DNA of 64,000 nucleotides from Amphiscolops sp. MND2022 (Eukaryota): NCBI GenBank assembly GCA_964187785.1, contig OZ076409.1, positions 86,058,001 to 86,122,000 of the forward strand, read 5' to 3'. Shown piece by piece: positions 13,791 to 26,841 of this stretch (position 1 is its first letter; each line of letters starts with the position of its first letter). The notes under the pieces were generated by a model. It saw only the letters and a program-made list of their open reading frames with translations, ran no database searches and was not told where the DNA came from. The position numbers and the translations under genes were made by a program.

Positions 13791-14956
13791 ATTGATGAAG
13801 TTTTATCTTTTCCAGTTCTCAGTCGAATATACTTTTCTTTCCTTTCCACAGTTTGCTTCTGTACTTCTAATGATGAAATGCGTGATAGTCAAATAGTTTG
13901 TTGAAGGTGACGCTAGTTTTTTGTTGGTTGAAGTTTATTCACATCATCCATGCATGCAGCTTGGCGAAAACCTTACAGTGCAAAACTTTTTGGTCAGTTT
14001 TATAGGAAGACGTCCACTGAGCATGGCTATACTTTTCACTTGAACTATTTCCAGCGCCAACATACTTCTAGAGCTAAGCGTAGCGACTACACAACTTAAA
14101 CAAAAAGTTCAACAAGTTAAAAATTTTACGACTGTTTTTGTCAGATTCTGGATCCTTCCAAGCAGTTTCAAAAAAATTTTCCCATTTTTTAAAGTACGCT
14201 GAGTAGATGATTTACAAGTGGATACCAGAAACATTTAAAAAATGTACACACGTTGCACAAAAAATTGTCAAAAACTGAGGTTTTACCAAGGGCAAAAATA
14301 GGCGGGAAAAACGTCCTCAGAAGTTGTTGGCAGCCTACAGAAACTTGCAAAAATGTTGAGAAATTCCTAAAAAGGGTGTCTGATTTCGATTAGTTTGCAA
14401 TGCCATTGAAAGGGCCTCTCTCCTCCTTGTTTGACAAATGGGTTACATTCCTTCACAGTCGAATCTTATGTTCGAAATTGACCATGCGCGCCCTAACACG
14501 GCAGCTAAATGAAAATGGAATGAGAGAGGGTAGAATCATGATAGCACGGTATAGTATGCAGTTTATTTAAAAACGCAACAAAGCAACTGGGAGATTCATT
14601 GTATCCCATTTTATTCAATACTTAACATGTAGTTCTGTGCATTAATTTTTTAAATAAGGAGTGTTGAGTTAAAGAGACATACCATTTTTGCATCAAATGC
14701 CATTGCTGCGTAAGTAAGAGTGCTTTAGATATCACAAGTCAATCATTTAGCTAATCTGTGCACCGGGGCGGCAAAAATGTCAGACTTGTCATTTTTGTTT
14801 CAGATCGCCAGATAAAGACCAAATTCCGCTGCAGAAGTAGCTTAACAACCGGCTAAACAGAAAGCCACGAAGCAATTAGTCATCTAATACTGTGAAAATC
14901 ATTAAAATTCAACAGGTGATTCGAGAGACCGACTAAAAAAAAGAACTGCAATCAGA

Positions 14957-15083
14957 ATGGACGTCAGCTTCAACACTACTGTGGGAAAATTTTCGAAGGA
15001 GTTTTTCCTCTCAATTTTGCTAACCATGTTAATTTGTGGAATCATTGGAAGTCACGGCCTTTATCAAGTTTATGAAATGGACC
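14957..15083 (+). CDS. Predicted secreted peptide precursor, coding exon 1 (signal peptide)
   Basis: ATG 14957; hydrophobic core FFLSILLTMLICGII then S-H-G (small residues at -3/-1); donor GTAAGT at 15084 (phase 1). Candidate 5'-UTR intron GTAAGT 14710 to TTTCAG 14803. Confidence 0.7.
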
Positions 15084-15149
15084 GTAAGTTTCAACATAAT
15101 TGCCCATTTTTCCAGCTCAAGTGCGATGTTATTATAAATAACATATTTT

Positions 15150-15309
15150 GCTGATACATGAATTTTATTAATGAGGAGGATGTCATTTAATAACATTTAA
15201 ATTCTATAAGTTGTAAATATAAATTAACATTGAAAATTACAGAATTTAAATACAGAATTTAAATGGTATTAAATGTCAACTTGCTCATTAATGAACTTCA
15301 TGTATCAGC
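15150..15309. repeat. Imperfect fold-back (MITE-like) in the intron
   Basis: GCTGATACATGAATTTTATTAATGAG...CTCATTAATGAACTTCATGTATCAGC inverted arms. Confidence 0.6.
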
Positions 15310-15699
15310 GAGTTTAAGTAGCAATACTAAGCGACAGAGGATTTCCCTTGTCATAAGTGCATTCGAGAATAACTCGGACAAAATTGCAGAAAAAACATGA
15401 AAGTACATTAAATGACATTTTCAGCTAGAGAAGAGCACAACTTCAAATTATTGAACTTCGAGAGTTTTGAATTTGGGAGCATGAGAAACAACATCGGAAC
15501 ATTTCAAGAGAGTGTCTATCAAGTTTTTCAGTGTTTGTTTTCAAATTCTCGTCATAAAACTTACGAGTTTGCTTATTCGATAAGATTTATGAAAAATTGA
15601 GATAGAATCAGTAAGAAGTTATTTAAAGTTAGGTGCAAATAATAAAAAATTAACTGGAATTGAAGCGGAGAGTATAAAGTGCAAAGTTGTGAGGTTACA

Positions 15700-15773
15700 A
15701 AAAATAATAGAAAACATCTAGAATTTGAATGAATTTAAATTCATTCAAATTCTAGATGTTTTCTATTATTTTT
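15700..15773. repeat. Perfect 74-bp palindrome, no loop
   Basis: 37-bp arms centred on GAATTT|AAATTC (15736/15737). Confidence 0.95.
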
Positions 15774-16242
15774 GTTGCTTCAAAATGAGAATAAAAATCT
15801 TCAGTGCTCCATATTATCATATTATCGGGTATCAAAAAGCTGAAGACTGTTGATTTCGCTTTCGAAAGATTTTAAAGCGCTTTAATTCTGTGCGAACGAA
15901 AGTATGCGTTCAATAGAAATATGTATTCAACAGGATATACAATATTGTCAGTTTTTGACCAAAAACTCAATTGTAACTTTCATTTGGAGATCTAATGACA
16001 AGTAGTTGTTACTCTTTGTGTTTTTTTTGCATTTTTGGTATTTTTTGAATTATTTTCATATTTTCGCAATGTCTCAAAAGCTTTTGTCTTAGCGAAAAAA
16101 ATCCAGCTACTGAAACGAAAAGAGATCTTTTAAATGTTTTGGTGTATATATTTTTACTTCTATAAATTATTACACTTCTATAGGAGATTCTACAGCTTTA
16201 ATTAACTTAGATTTGAGAGAAAAATAATTCATTTTTTTTCAT

Positions 16243-16561
16243 CATGGTCCCCGAGGGAGGAGAAATAATTAATCTCTCTCCAAATTTTGTTATTTTATAA
16301 GTTTTCCAGAAAATAGAGTTGCAACAATTTTCTGTTTAAATTCCAACAGCATCATTTTTGTAAGGCTCAAGCGTAGCCAATCAGTTCATGACAGCGCAAA
16401 GGCTCAAAACTTGAACAAAAAATCAACAATTGAAATAACAAATACACATACTACTAATAATTTTGTTCCGTTGAGTTCTATGAAAAAACCTGTATTTTCT
16501 GGAAAAAATGTAAAATGGCAAAATTTGGAGAGGGATTATTTCTTCTTCATTGGGGACTATG
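16243..16561. mobile_element. MITE-like element with ~45-bp imperfect TIRs
   Basis: CATGGTCCCC...AAATAATTAATCTCTCTCCAAATTTTG versus CAAAATTTGGAGAGGGATTATTT...GGGGACTATG; TSD unclear. Confidence 0.55.
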
Positions 16562-16709
16562 GCGGAAAAAACAAATCAGCAAAAATTTTCTGTTTATATT
16601 TCAGCATGCTGAAATATAGACAGAAAATTTTTGCTGAAGTAATCAACCCGGTGCTCAGCCGTTGTTGAAAGTGGAATGTGAAACTCTTGAATTGGCGTGT
16701 TCGTTTCAG

Positions 16710-16870
16710 CTTTCTACGAACCCATTCCATCTTCAAGGATGCAATATTACCAGGGCACGGGACCTTCTAGCGTGTCAAAGAGGTTCTACTGGGGGGTGCC
16801 TGATTTCCGCCACCGGTTCCAGCTGAATTTGAAGAGTCCAATCTTCAGCAAGTGGACTACCCAGAAGTAG
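16710..16870 (+). CDS. Predicted secreted peptide precursor, coding exon 2 (KR site and C-terminal peptide)
   Basis: Acceptor TTTCAG ends 16709; phase-1 join with exon 1 gives PFYEPIPSSRMQYYQGTGPSSVSKRFYWGVPDFRHRFQLNLKSPIFSKWTTQK, stop TAG 16868-16870; GC-rich island in AT-rich flanks. Confidence 0.65.
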
Positions 16871-17067
16871 TTCCCCATTCCTCTACAACACCATAGGAGG
16901 GAAACTAGATGAAAGTTAGCTTGTATTGGAAACGCAATTAGAGTGACTGTATTTATGGTTAATCATGATACAGAGTCTGGATCATTTCAGTTTTGAACCA
17001 TTTAAAGTTGTTGAATTCAAATATGGGGTCGCGAAATTGTTTTTTCTGATTTATTTTACCTTCAGAG

Positions 17068-17377
17068 CAGAGTCTTGACACAGCTAAGTAGCGATTTAGA
17101 GCATTAGCGGCCGTGCAGAAGTTTTTCAGCAATTTTATAAGCGGTTCAAATAGCGGCAACTAATAGTTTGTATCGATTCGAAATTTCTTCAGAGTATACA
17201 CGGAGTTTCTAAATGAATTTCGAAAAATTTCAACTCTTACCTTTGTAAAACTGAATTTTGCAACATACTTGAAGTTGAGTATTTAATAGCTTGTAGATAA
17301 AGTTTTTCAGCGAAATACCAATTTTAAAATTAGCGTTTTAGCGATTAGCGAAAAAAATTAGCGATGTCAAAACTCTG
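17068..17377. mobile_element. hAT-type MITE
   Basis: TIRs CAGAGTCTTGACA / TGTCAAAACTCTG; perfect 8-bp TSD CTTCAGAG (17060-17067, 17378-17385); subterminal TTAGCG repeats. Confidence 0.9.
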
Positions 17378-18405
17378 CTTCAGAGAGTATAATGCATGAC
17401 CTACAATGCATAATAATATGAGGCTCAACATCAAAATTTGATTTCGTAGATTAACTTGCAAGGATGTCACTACGCCCAAGAGGTCTTTGACAGTGAAGTC
17501 ATCCAACATCATTCGTGTATGTATCACAATTTATTCATGATTCATTCAATCAATGATTGGTGGGCGGAAGAAGTTGAATATTGATTCCAGATGGATACCG
17601 ATTTTACACGTTCATTAAACCAGATCTAAAACAATGCGTGCATGACCTAATTTACACAGTAGATTGATTTTCGGATCGATTGGATAAAAGGTGAGCAAAC
17701 CTTTGATCTGTGCAGAATTTTGTGCGAATTAAAAATTTCTGAGGCCAAACAAGCTGAAATACCATTTCACGGGAATACGGAAATTTCGTTCAGAAATTTA
17801 ATGGTCAAAAATTTTCTCGTTTGTAATTTTGTCTTCAGAAGTCACCAGAAGTAACAGCGTCTAAAAATTATTTCATTTAATTTTTAGGCTTTGAAAATTG
17901 AATTGAAACCTCGCAAGAGGCGTAGTGGCACAATGATGTTTTTCGTATACTTTTTCAAGAAGAGTTTACAAAAAAATGGACTTACAAACTTCAATTGTGC
18001 GACAGAAAGAAAACAAAAGAATAATGGCAACTAGAAAGGCTGTATGGACCGGAAGATTAAATCATGTATCAATGCATACCAAATCCCAAAAGGGTATTTC
18101 AAAAATTACTGTTCTCACTGCTTCTCCGTGGGAGATACCGACAAATTTCCAAAACAACTCAAGTGGTCCTACTTTTCACCCTTCAATATTGTTTCCATTG
18201 ATATCGTTTTTTAACATTGCAATCTGATGATCTTTCCCTTCGTTTTCTAATATCTTCAGCTAGGAAAAACCTTTTCGATACAACGGATCTCTTTTTGGGT
18301 TTTCAGACAGTGAGGACGAGAATTTTGCTAAAACAGTTTCTTAACGTTTTATTCCGCTTGTACTTGTTGAGCCACTAATAGAGGCGTCTATTTATGGCAT
18401 CAACT

Positions 18406-19243
18406 CCCAGTTTGGAAAAAATTGAAATCTTGCACTTATTTTGCAAGCTTCTTGCAAGCCGATGCCAGTCTTGCAAGAATCTTACAAGACCATGCAAATC
18501 TTGCAAGACAACAAATGAGTTATGATAACGTAGTCAACAGCTTCACCAATTGTCGAAAAACATTATTTTTCTCTTGTTTTTACGTTTTTTTTTTAAAAAA
18601 ATGTACATCTATGATCAATTTAGGTTCGTTCGGCATAATTTCAAAGTCTCCATCGTCTACATGATAAAAGAGGGTATTTGTGTTCCTATGTACTGCATAA
18701 AAACTGAGTTTCAAATGTGGGTTTCTCATTACAAAAAATAGGCTTTTACGGTGCAATACTAAAATCACACTTCTAGAGTTTCATTTTTCTAGAGTTTGCA
18801 TTTGTGGCTCCTTCACAATTTAAGGAGTGAGACTCTGGCTGTATCTATCTGGCTGTCTCCTTTATGTCAATTTTGAACTGATAAAACTGAGGTGACTGAA
18901 GTCAGGTTTGTGTCGACTAAAATCTTGATTGAAATATTCTTAATAAAAATGTCTGGAATCGCTTTTTTGATAATAGAGTATAGGGACTAGTGGAGTCGAT
19001 TACTAATGGTGATGTTCAATTGAACGGAAAATTTTTCGGCACCACGAATTCACAGTCGAAGCATGCGAATATCTTGAAAGGTCGACACTTTCCTAGCAAG
19101 TATAACACAATGTCAGTTCATTTCTTGCAAAAATCTTGCAAGAATCTTGCAAGACAATTTGCAAGAAAAATGCTTTGAGTTGCAAGACCTTGTAAGACGT
19201 CTTGCAAGATATTTTCAAGAAATACATTTTCTCCCACCTAGGG
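18406..19243. mobile_element. CMC/EnSpm-like non-autonomous element (CCC...GGG)
   Basis: CCC and GGG termini with clusters of TCTTGCAAGA subterminal repeats at both ends; TSD not conserved. Confidence 0.55.
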
Positions 19244-19809
19244 ACGACTTGTTAGCATCATCTATCAGAAAACTAACATTGAAGATCAATTTGCAAAGAA
19301 ACAAAAGAGGTTAAAAAAATAGAATTCTTCGTTGTTTGTTGCCCAAATATAAACCTGATGTAATGACTGAATGAAATGCATTTCTATCGATCAATACGTT
19401 TGTTCAAAACACAGAATTAGTTTAGTTCATTTTGGAGAAAAAGTTCAAAAACGGTTTGGGTTCAAAAATTACTTCAGAGAAAAACAATTTCTTGATGCAA
19501 TTTCAAAAATTTCCAAAAATTTCCAACCAGCTATAGCGCTTTTATCATCACGGCAGACGTTAGCCAAAACCGGTAACATAATAGTTCAAACCGGGTCATA
19601 TTGACGAACGTTTCCAACAGGAAACTACAGATGTCTCTTCTAAAAACCTACTGGACACCGCGTTTCGTCGTAGTTGAATGTTTATACCAGTCTAACTAAC
19701 GAAATAGCTCGAAAAACTTCCAAAATATTGCACAAACACGACAGAACTAGTTCATTTTTGGGTCATTTTGAAGTTGCCTTATTACGATGGAAACTACAAA
19801 ATTGTGTTT

Positions 19810-20775
19810 CTTTAGAGGGCGTACTACGTAGCTATTGATTTTGCTTTGAGCTTGTTGAACATCAAATAATTGACCAATAAGTTCGAAAAAGAATTTTACA
19901 TTTTCCAGTGAAGATTTTCAGATTTTTTGCAAAGAAATTTGTCCGATATTTTTTGAAACAATATCTCTGTAGTCAAATTCGAAAAACTGGAATCAATGGA
20001 AATTCTCTCCTCTAAAACATTTCGTGGACTAAACAACAATGGTGATCAATTCGAAAAAATTGTGCTTTTCCGTATTTTTTTTGGACTTTGGGATAATTTT
20101 GAGGTCAATTCTAACCACTCATCTCTGTTGCATCAAAAATGCCTATTGGATACCAGAGTTAGTCATTTCTGAGGTTATTACACTTTGTTTGCAAGTCGAA
20201 AACTTGAAAATTCTGAATTTTTGCATGTTTTTGACATTTTCTGGGTCAATCTGAAGAGTGTTTATTTCTTCCAAAAGCTTACTGGACAAAGAATTCATCC
20301 CTTGTGAACAATTTTACATTCTAAGCCACGGAATCTATCTAAATTTCGAGAAAAATGAAAACAAATGGTGAAACTCGGAAATTTCGGAAATTTTTGTCAT
20401 TTTCGATGAATCGAGACATTTTCTATTTGAAAAACTGTATTGATTTCTTCAATTGTTGTCCATTTCGGTTTCTATTTGAGATACTTCTCTTTCAGAAACT
20501 GCTTTCATCTCTTCATAAAAGACTACTGGACAACGATTTCTGCCCTTGTTGATTGTTTTCCTTCATCTAATCCACGAAGTTTATTGCAAATTTTGACAAA
20601 TTGCATAAAAACATAAAAAACGTTAAAAATCAAGAAAGTTTGGAGCTTATCTTGGGGCCATTTTGGGTCATTCTGGAGTCATTTTGGTCTTACCCAAAAA
20701 AGTCCAAAAATCTCTACAAATTCATATCGCACGAAGCTAACTTTATATGAGTTGAATTCTATAGGTGACACCCTT
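19810..20775. repeat. Dispersed repeat of degenerate tandem units, copy 1
   Basis: Recurring CTACTGGACAAC...TCTAATCCACGAAGTCTAT units and terminal CATATCGCACGAAGCTAA...ACCCTT, shared with ~53850-54890. Left boundary approximate. Confidence 0.6.
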
Positions 20776-23700
20776 CAATTTGAATATAAACTTGGAACAT
20801 AGCAAATTTTGTACAAAAAACGCTGCTGATTTGCATATTTTCTTTTCGTTTCGCATAAACGAACAAACTCAAGCGAATATGAAAAAATCTTATAGTGACA
20901 GGGATATTGAAACATGTGATCCTTCAGTCTTGAAAAACGCTTTTTTTCTCCGACAAGAAAACAAAAACCGTAGGGGCGACTGTCTAAAGGAAAAAAAATA
21001 AAAACGAAAGACATTGTACAGTAGCGCCCAATAAACGCAAGACTGCACTGCGGTGGTCATTTCTCTCATTCACTTTTCCAAAATAGATAAATTGATGAAA
21101 TATGGAACCCCGGAATGCTCAGTTTTTATATGAAATCGCTGCTAAATTTGGACCGCAATTGCCTCTAAAAAAGTCGCACAGTACGGAAAGCAAAGAGAAG
21201 AATTAAATGAATATCTTTATTCAGTGGAGAGTTAAAGCATTTTGTTTCTCGAGTGCTGCTGTGGTACATAACCGAAGTTTCCAATAGGCCAAGTGGAAAG
21301 TACTTTCCATTCTACAGACCAATTATTTTCTGGTGGGAACTGGTGGAAAATAGGCTCAAGGGTCACGAAACAAAACTTGTGTTGTTCAAAACACTATTGA
21401 AATCATGTCCCAGCGATGAGTCATGTCCCAGCTGAAACGTACACTACATGCACAAAAACCTTGAATTCAGTCTTTTCACTAATTTTCAGCTAATTTCACT
21501 AATCACCAAAATACCCTAATTATTCTCTCTTCCTTCCTAGCAACTTTTTTGAAGCACTAAAGAGCGCTTAAAAATTGAAAAAGACCAGAGCTTTTCGAAC
21601 TATGCCAATTGGTTCATGAGCTTGTAATCAAATAGAAACGTAATTTGAGAAAATTCAGGTTTTTGAGAGTCTCCTCCGAAACAACTAAATTGCTGCGTCT
21701 CTAGCATGATATATATTTTTAAAAGCAGCCCATTAGCGTGCTGTTCCCTTGTTTAACTTGATATACACATTGTGAAATACATGGGCCCCAAGACAACAAA
21801 ACAGGTATGCTTCCAAAACGATCAGCTGTGATGTATTTTTCAACGGTTCAAACCAGAAATCCAATGAAGCTGAACTTAAATTTCGAAACTGAAAAAATGT
21901 TCGGTCGAACTGTAGCCCAGAATTTTGCCGTGCTTGTAGTGAAAATGGAAACTGGTGCCTGAAAGAAGTTGGAGAAAATGGGCCTTCGAGGAGAAAATTT
22001 TGACATGTCACGATGCTAAGGAGAAAGAATCGAAATCCAGATAAAAATTGAAGCCTGGTGAAAACCGCGGTGAAACTAAAAAAAGACAACTGAATTCTTG
22101 AAATGCAATTGGTTGCAATTAAGTCAACAAGACGGTGAAGCAACGAGACGTATTTGACTTACCAACGAGAGACTTTCCACCATGAACAATTTTATCAACC
22201 ATTTATTCATAGTGGAAAGTACTCTAAAGCCTAATTATCAATTTTATCAGCAATCTGATAATTTATTGACAATTTGACAACACAATCGATCAAATTTGTG
22301 GAAGAATTGATCTGTTGAAAAATCTACGCTAATGGACGATATTCTTTGATCAGACCCTGACAGGCCTGCTGCAATTATTCGATGCTTCTGAATCGCGTAC
22401 TTTTTCCTCAGAACCAAGGCTAAGGGAAGTTAAATATCTTCTGATTTTTGATAAGCTGATAATTTTTGTCTTATGAAGAGATTCAAAATTAAATGATTCA
22501 CCTTCGATTCTAGTAAAGTGAGAAAAAATAAAGAAACAAAAATCTTAATGGCGAAAATTCTGGGGACAAATTTTCTGATAATAACTCATGGTTTCGTAAT
22601 AACTATTAAAATCTGATGTTTTTAGTCTAAAAATGTGAAACAAATTTGATTCGATATTACCTCAGACGAAAATATGGGCAGCCTCGAATGTTTTAAATGA
22701 AAAAATCAAAGTCTTTTGAATTGCTGCATTGAAACGTAAATATTTTGTCCGTTTGCAAAAAAAATTCAATGAGTTTTTCGGTGGTTAGCGCTTGAAAAGT
22801 TGGAAATATATGAAACATATTCATCAGTAAAAACAAACAACGCACCGCAGTAGGGATAATTCGTGATGAAGCAAGGTAGATACATGCAGCAAAAAAACAT
22901 CAAGTATATTCCTAAACAAAATTTTTGAATGAAGAAAATTTGCTTCAATGAATCATTGGAAGTATTCAGTGTGCTGCCGAATTTGCCCAAAAAGACTTTG
23001 CCCATTGCTAAAAATCGGAAACGGCGGTACTTTCAGTCGGATCCAGACATTTAAACTGAAAATTGAACGTTGGAGAAGGTCATCAGCAGGCAAAGAAAAC
23101 CGATTGAGAACATGCTGGCTGAAAAACAAGAAACTTGTAACTCAAAACTCTCAGAAAACTTAGATGAAATTTTGATGAAAAGAGAAAAATACAACCTCCT
23201 TAGAATCTAACCCCGGTGGAACTGATGATATTTACATCGTGTAAACATACTTGCGTGCCCAATTAATCAACATTCAAAACCCACCGTATGGTTCGTTTAC
23301 ATAGCCAATAACGTTCCTATTTCACCTAAATTTTCTATATTAATACCACAAATTTCGACTTAAATTTACTGTGTAACTGTAAACCAGATTTATACCATTA
23401 CTAAAAAAGAGATTTTAACGACTGAATAGTTATATTCAGGTTGGGTCTCAGTTCGAAAAGACGAATTAACTTTCCATATCTTTACAGTTTTCGCTAGAGT
23501 CAGAGCGAACAAGTAGCTACTCTCATAGTTGGAGAGTCGGAGCGCGTGAAGATACAGAGCGGGAAGTTTGTGAGAGATATCAGAAGATCAACCATAGCGT
23601 AAACCGGGATCATCAGGAGATTCCACGGGTCACGTCAGACACACCAGCCAAAAGATATAATTCTTTACAAACACGAAAACCAGGATTGTTTAGTAACGTT

Positions 23701-23831
23701 CCCCAGTACTAAACAACGGATCAGGGCGGCTGGTCAAGCTTCAGCGCAACATAAGGGCAGCCATTACATTGAAGGGTATTCTTTTGGCCAGAATTCATGA
23801 ACAGGTTCCATGAAATGAATCATTATTATGT

Positions 23832-24183
23832 AAACAAGCCGTGAACGGCCTAAGTCAGCGCCATATCTAATGCTCGAAAATAGCAAACGGACATGAACCT
23901 GTCAAAAAACAAAGTATCAAACTCACAGAGAGAGTATCAAACTCACGAAAAACCCGGACGACCGAACTGAAAAACTTAAAAGGGACCATTTAGTCTCACC
24001 CGGTACTCTATGTTACTCGAAAAAACAGGAAAAACTTTTTTGGTTCAGTTTGTTAAGCGAAATGGTTCAATTTGACACCATAATTTATCGTAGAACTTTT
24101 AAAGAACAATTTTGGTCAGTTCGTGTGGATTGAGTCACTATACTAGTCGCGTTCGTTTCACATCATGAAGCGCCGACTGAAAA
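23832..24183 (-). mobile_element. Helentron/DINE-like interspersed element
   Basis: Both ends present in reverse orientation: AAACAAGCCGTGAACGGCCTAAGTCAGCGCC and CATGAAGCGCCGACTGAAAA. Confidence 0.65.
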
Positions 24184-25400
24184 CTTCACAAATTAGACTC
24201 TTTTTGAAGGTAGTTCACAGTTTTCACTGAGCGACAGAAAATCGAAACAGATTGAGAATCAACGGCAAATAAGTTGAAATGTTTGACTTACAAATATTTA
24301 TTATCAATCATAAAAATACGACGAGGTTAGATGGGTCTGGTGTCCTCGGAACGACTCCAATTCAATCTGAAAAAGTTGAATGTTGTTTGTATTCGAACTC
24401 ATGCCTGTGTGACAAAAACAGAAACGAAAAAAGAATTTTTCGAAAAATCTGGTTCAAATGTCAAACTAAATGTTTTCTCAAAACTTTTTTCAAATACTTC
24501 AATTGGAAAAGATTGAGAATAACTCGACCTTGGTTAGATTTTGGTCGCTAAGAGTGGAAACACTATAAAGCCAAATTTTTGTAGTTACATCCAAATTACG
24601 TTACACCAGAAAATGATACCATTAAAGTAGTTCACATTGGAATCTTTCAGGCCTCGAGGCTCAGAAACGACTTTGCCAAAATGCGAAAACGTGCAACGAA
24701 ACTTCTGAAAATGAAAACTGTTACAGTCAACTGTTAATTTCCAATAGACGCAGACAAATTTTGGGAAAAAATTATTCGAATGTTGTTCTCTTATTCGAAG
24801 AGTGAAAAAAATATGATTGAGCAAGTTATGCCACAATTTTGATCTTGTTGCAACATGACTTCGATTCAGGAAAACTAAACTATTAGAAACTTTGCATACT
24901 TTCCTCGATCGAAAAGCTTTTACATGATAAAAATGGGAGTTCAAGATGTCTTAAGGCATCCAGCAAAAGTTCTAATCAGCGCCTAGAATAGAAAATCTGT
25001 TTTCGCCTTTAGAAAATGGTTTTCGCCTTTCATGGTTGACGTATTCCGAATAAATAAATTTCGGGATGACATCGTATATATACCTCATGGGGATTCCTTT
25101 CACATCGTTGATGATCCCGGTCGCAGCCATGCCTCCCGTTCAAAGTCGACAAGCTTCGGCAATGGTTGTAGCGCTTGTTTTTGTCAGTTCCACTTCTCTC
25201 CTGTGAATACTCACAACCACTATTTCGAATCCTGAAACTTTTGTACAGGGTTATCTCCGGTACATATTCAGTTGTCTACAGTCGCGGTACGACCGCATAC
25301 CCGGTTGTTTTCTGGTTATTATTTTTATAGTTTCTGATCTCAACCGTTCTATTTTCTCGTCGGTGTGGAAAATCACTTCATTCTTGGGGTTCGTTCGTAG

Positions 25401-26091
25401 CCCAGCGATTGAAGACACGCTACGCTCGCCAAGATCATGATTCATCTTGCTAAATCATGGTTAACTATGGCACCCTTGTCAAGATCATGGCTAATCATGA
25501 TACATGGAACGCTTGTCAAGATCATGGCAAGATCATCTCCAATTTCTGAATAAGCCGTTGTGATAACTTCGGACATATCCTTTATTTATAGAAAAACGTT
25601 TTTTAAACTGAAACGTATGCAATACTTCTCAATAATTTGCTGCACCTATTGACCGAGTTTTGTTACTTGAGAGCATGGAATCGTTACTACCGTCATAAAT
25701 TATCATACAAAGTAAACTCCGAATCAAGTTATGGCAACTTGCGGGTTTGCGATATCGGTGTTAAAACCAACTTTTTTTAGCTATGATTTGTTAATCTCGC
25801 TAATACCTCACCTATTGAGGTAACTTGTTGAAATTACTGAACTTCAAGAATGCAGTAGAAACAGGTGCAATAAAAATAAATAGAATTAGAAAATAAAAGT
25901 TACGAAAAAAACGGATTTTCTACCATGGAACCCTTGCCACGATCATGGTAAAACATGGTATACTTGACACGATCTTGCATAATCATGGTATTCTTGGAAA
26001 GATCTTGGTAAGATCATCGCAAGATCTTGGCAAGGGTATCTAGCTTTTTATCATGGTTCTTGGCAAGCGTACCATGTCTTCAATCGCTGGG
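25401..26091. mobile_element. CMC/EnSpm-like MITE
   Basis: ~40-bp imperfect TIRs CCCAGCGATTGAAGACA... / ...TGTCTTCAATCGCTGGG, 2-bp TSD AG, CAAGATCATG subterminal repeats. Confidence 0.85.
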
Positions 26092-26841
26092 AGGTGTTTG
26101 CAACCGTTTTTCCAGGAGTATCAAGGTTTCCAAAATGACTTTCTTTCCGATAATCATTCATTTCCTCTCTCCACTTTCTGATTCGAATTCGGCCTTAGCT
26201 CGCTTTCGAATAGTTTTGTGTTTTCCATCAAGTATGGCTTGAAGTTTATCGTTCCAATTGAAATACTTTCATCAACACGTCGTAGAATGCACCCTAGACA
26301 TGTCTAATTCTTGCCCTGATTCTCCGATTTCTGGCATTTTTGCCTTCCATTTTTTGTTGTGAAATGTGTTGAAAAAGAAATTTCGGTGAACTGTTTTTAG
26401 TCGGCGCATTTTCCTTTAAAAAAGTCCGACTAATACAGTGGCGCGTTTTCTTCTTCATTTTTGTCAGATTTGACAGCAAGTTTATAATCTGCAGTGAGTT
26501 TTGCCACTTTTTGCACGATAGGCCATTTCCTGTATCGGTCTATTGACGTTAGTTGTAGGCTTAGCAAATCTATTTCCTGGTTTTTAATATCCCTCTTAAA
26601 TCAATTTGCTATTCTTATCCTGATTTGGAAAGTATTTTCAGTTATCCACGGTCATTTTGGGTTGCTGACTTTTCATATTTTTACTCGAAGCTGTGCAATT
26701 ACGCAGCGTAATACCTGTCTTCAACGTGTCTCGTAATGTTGTCCATCATAATATTTTCGCTCCCGTCGTCATGTTCGAGGTTCAGGAGTGGCCGAAGTTC
26801 AAGGTTCCCATTTAGTTCTTCCTCTTTATGGTTGAGACAAT

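Noticed and set aside
23240..23768. Solo LTR (TGTAA...TTACA)
   Set aside because: No matching TSD and the start is ambiguous.
24960..26810. Decayed coding relic on the minus strand around the 25401 MITE
   Set aside because: Many stops and no motif I can recognise.
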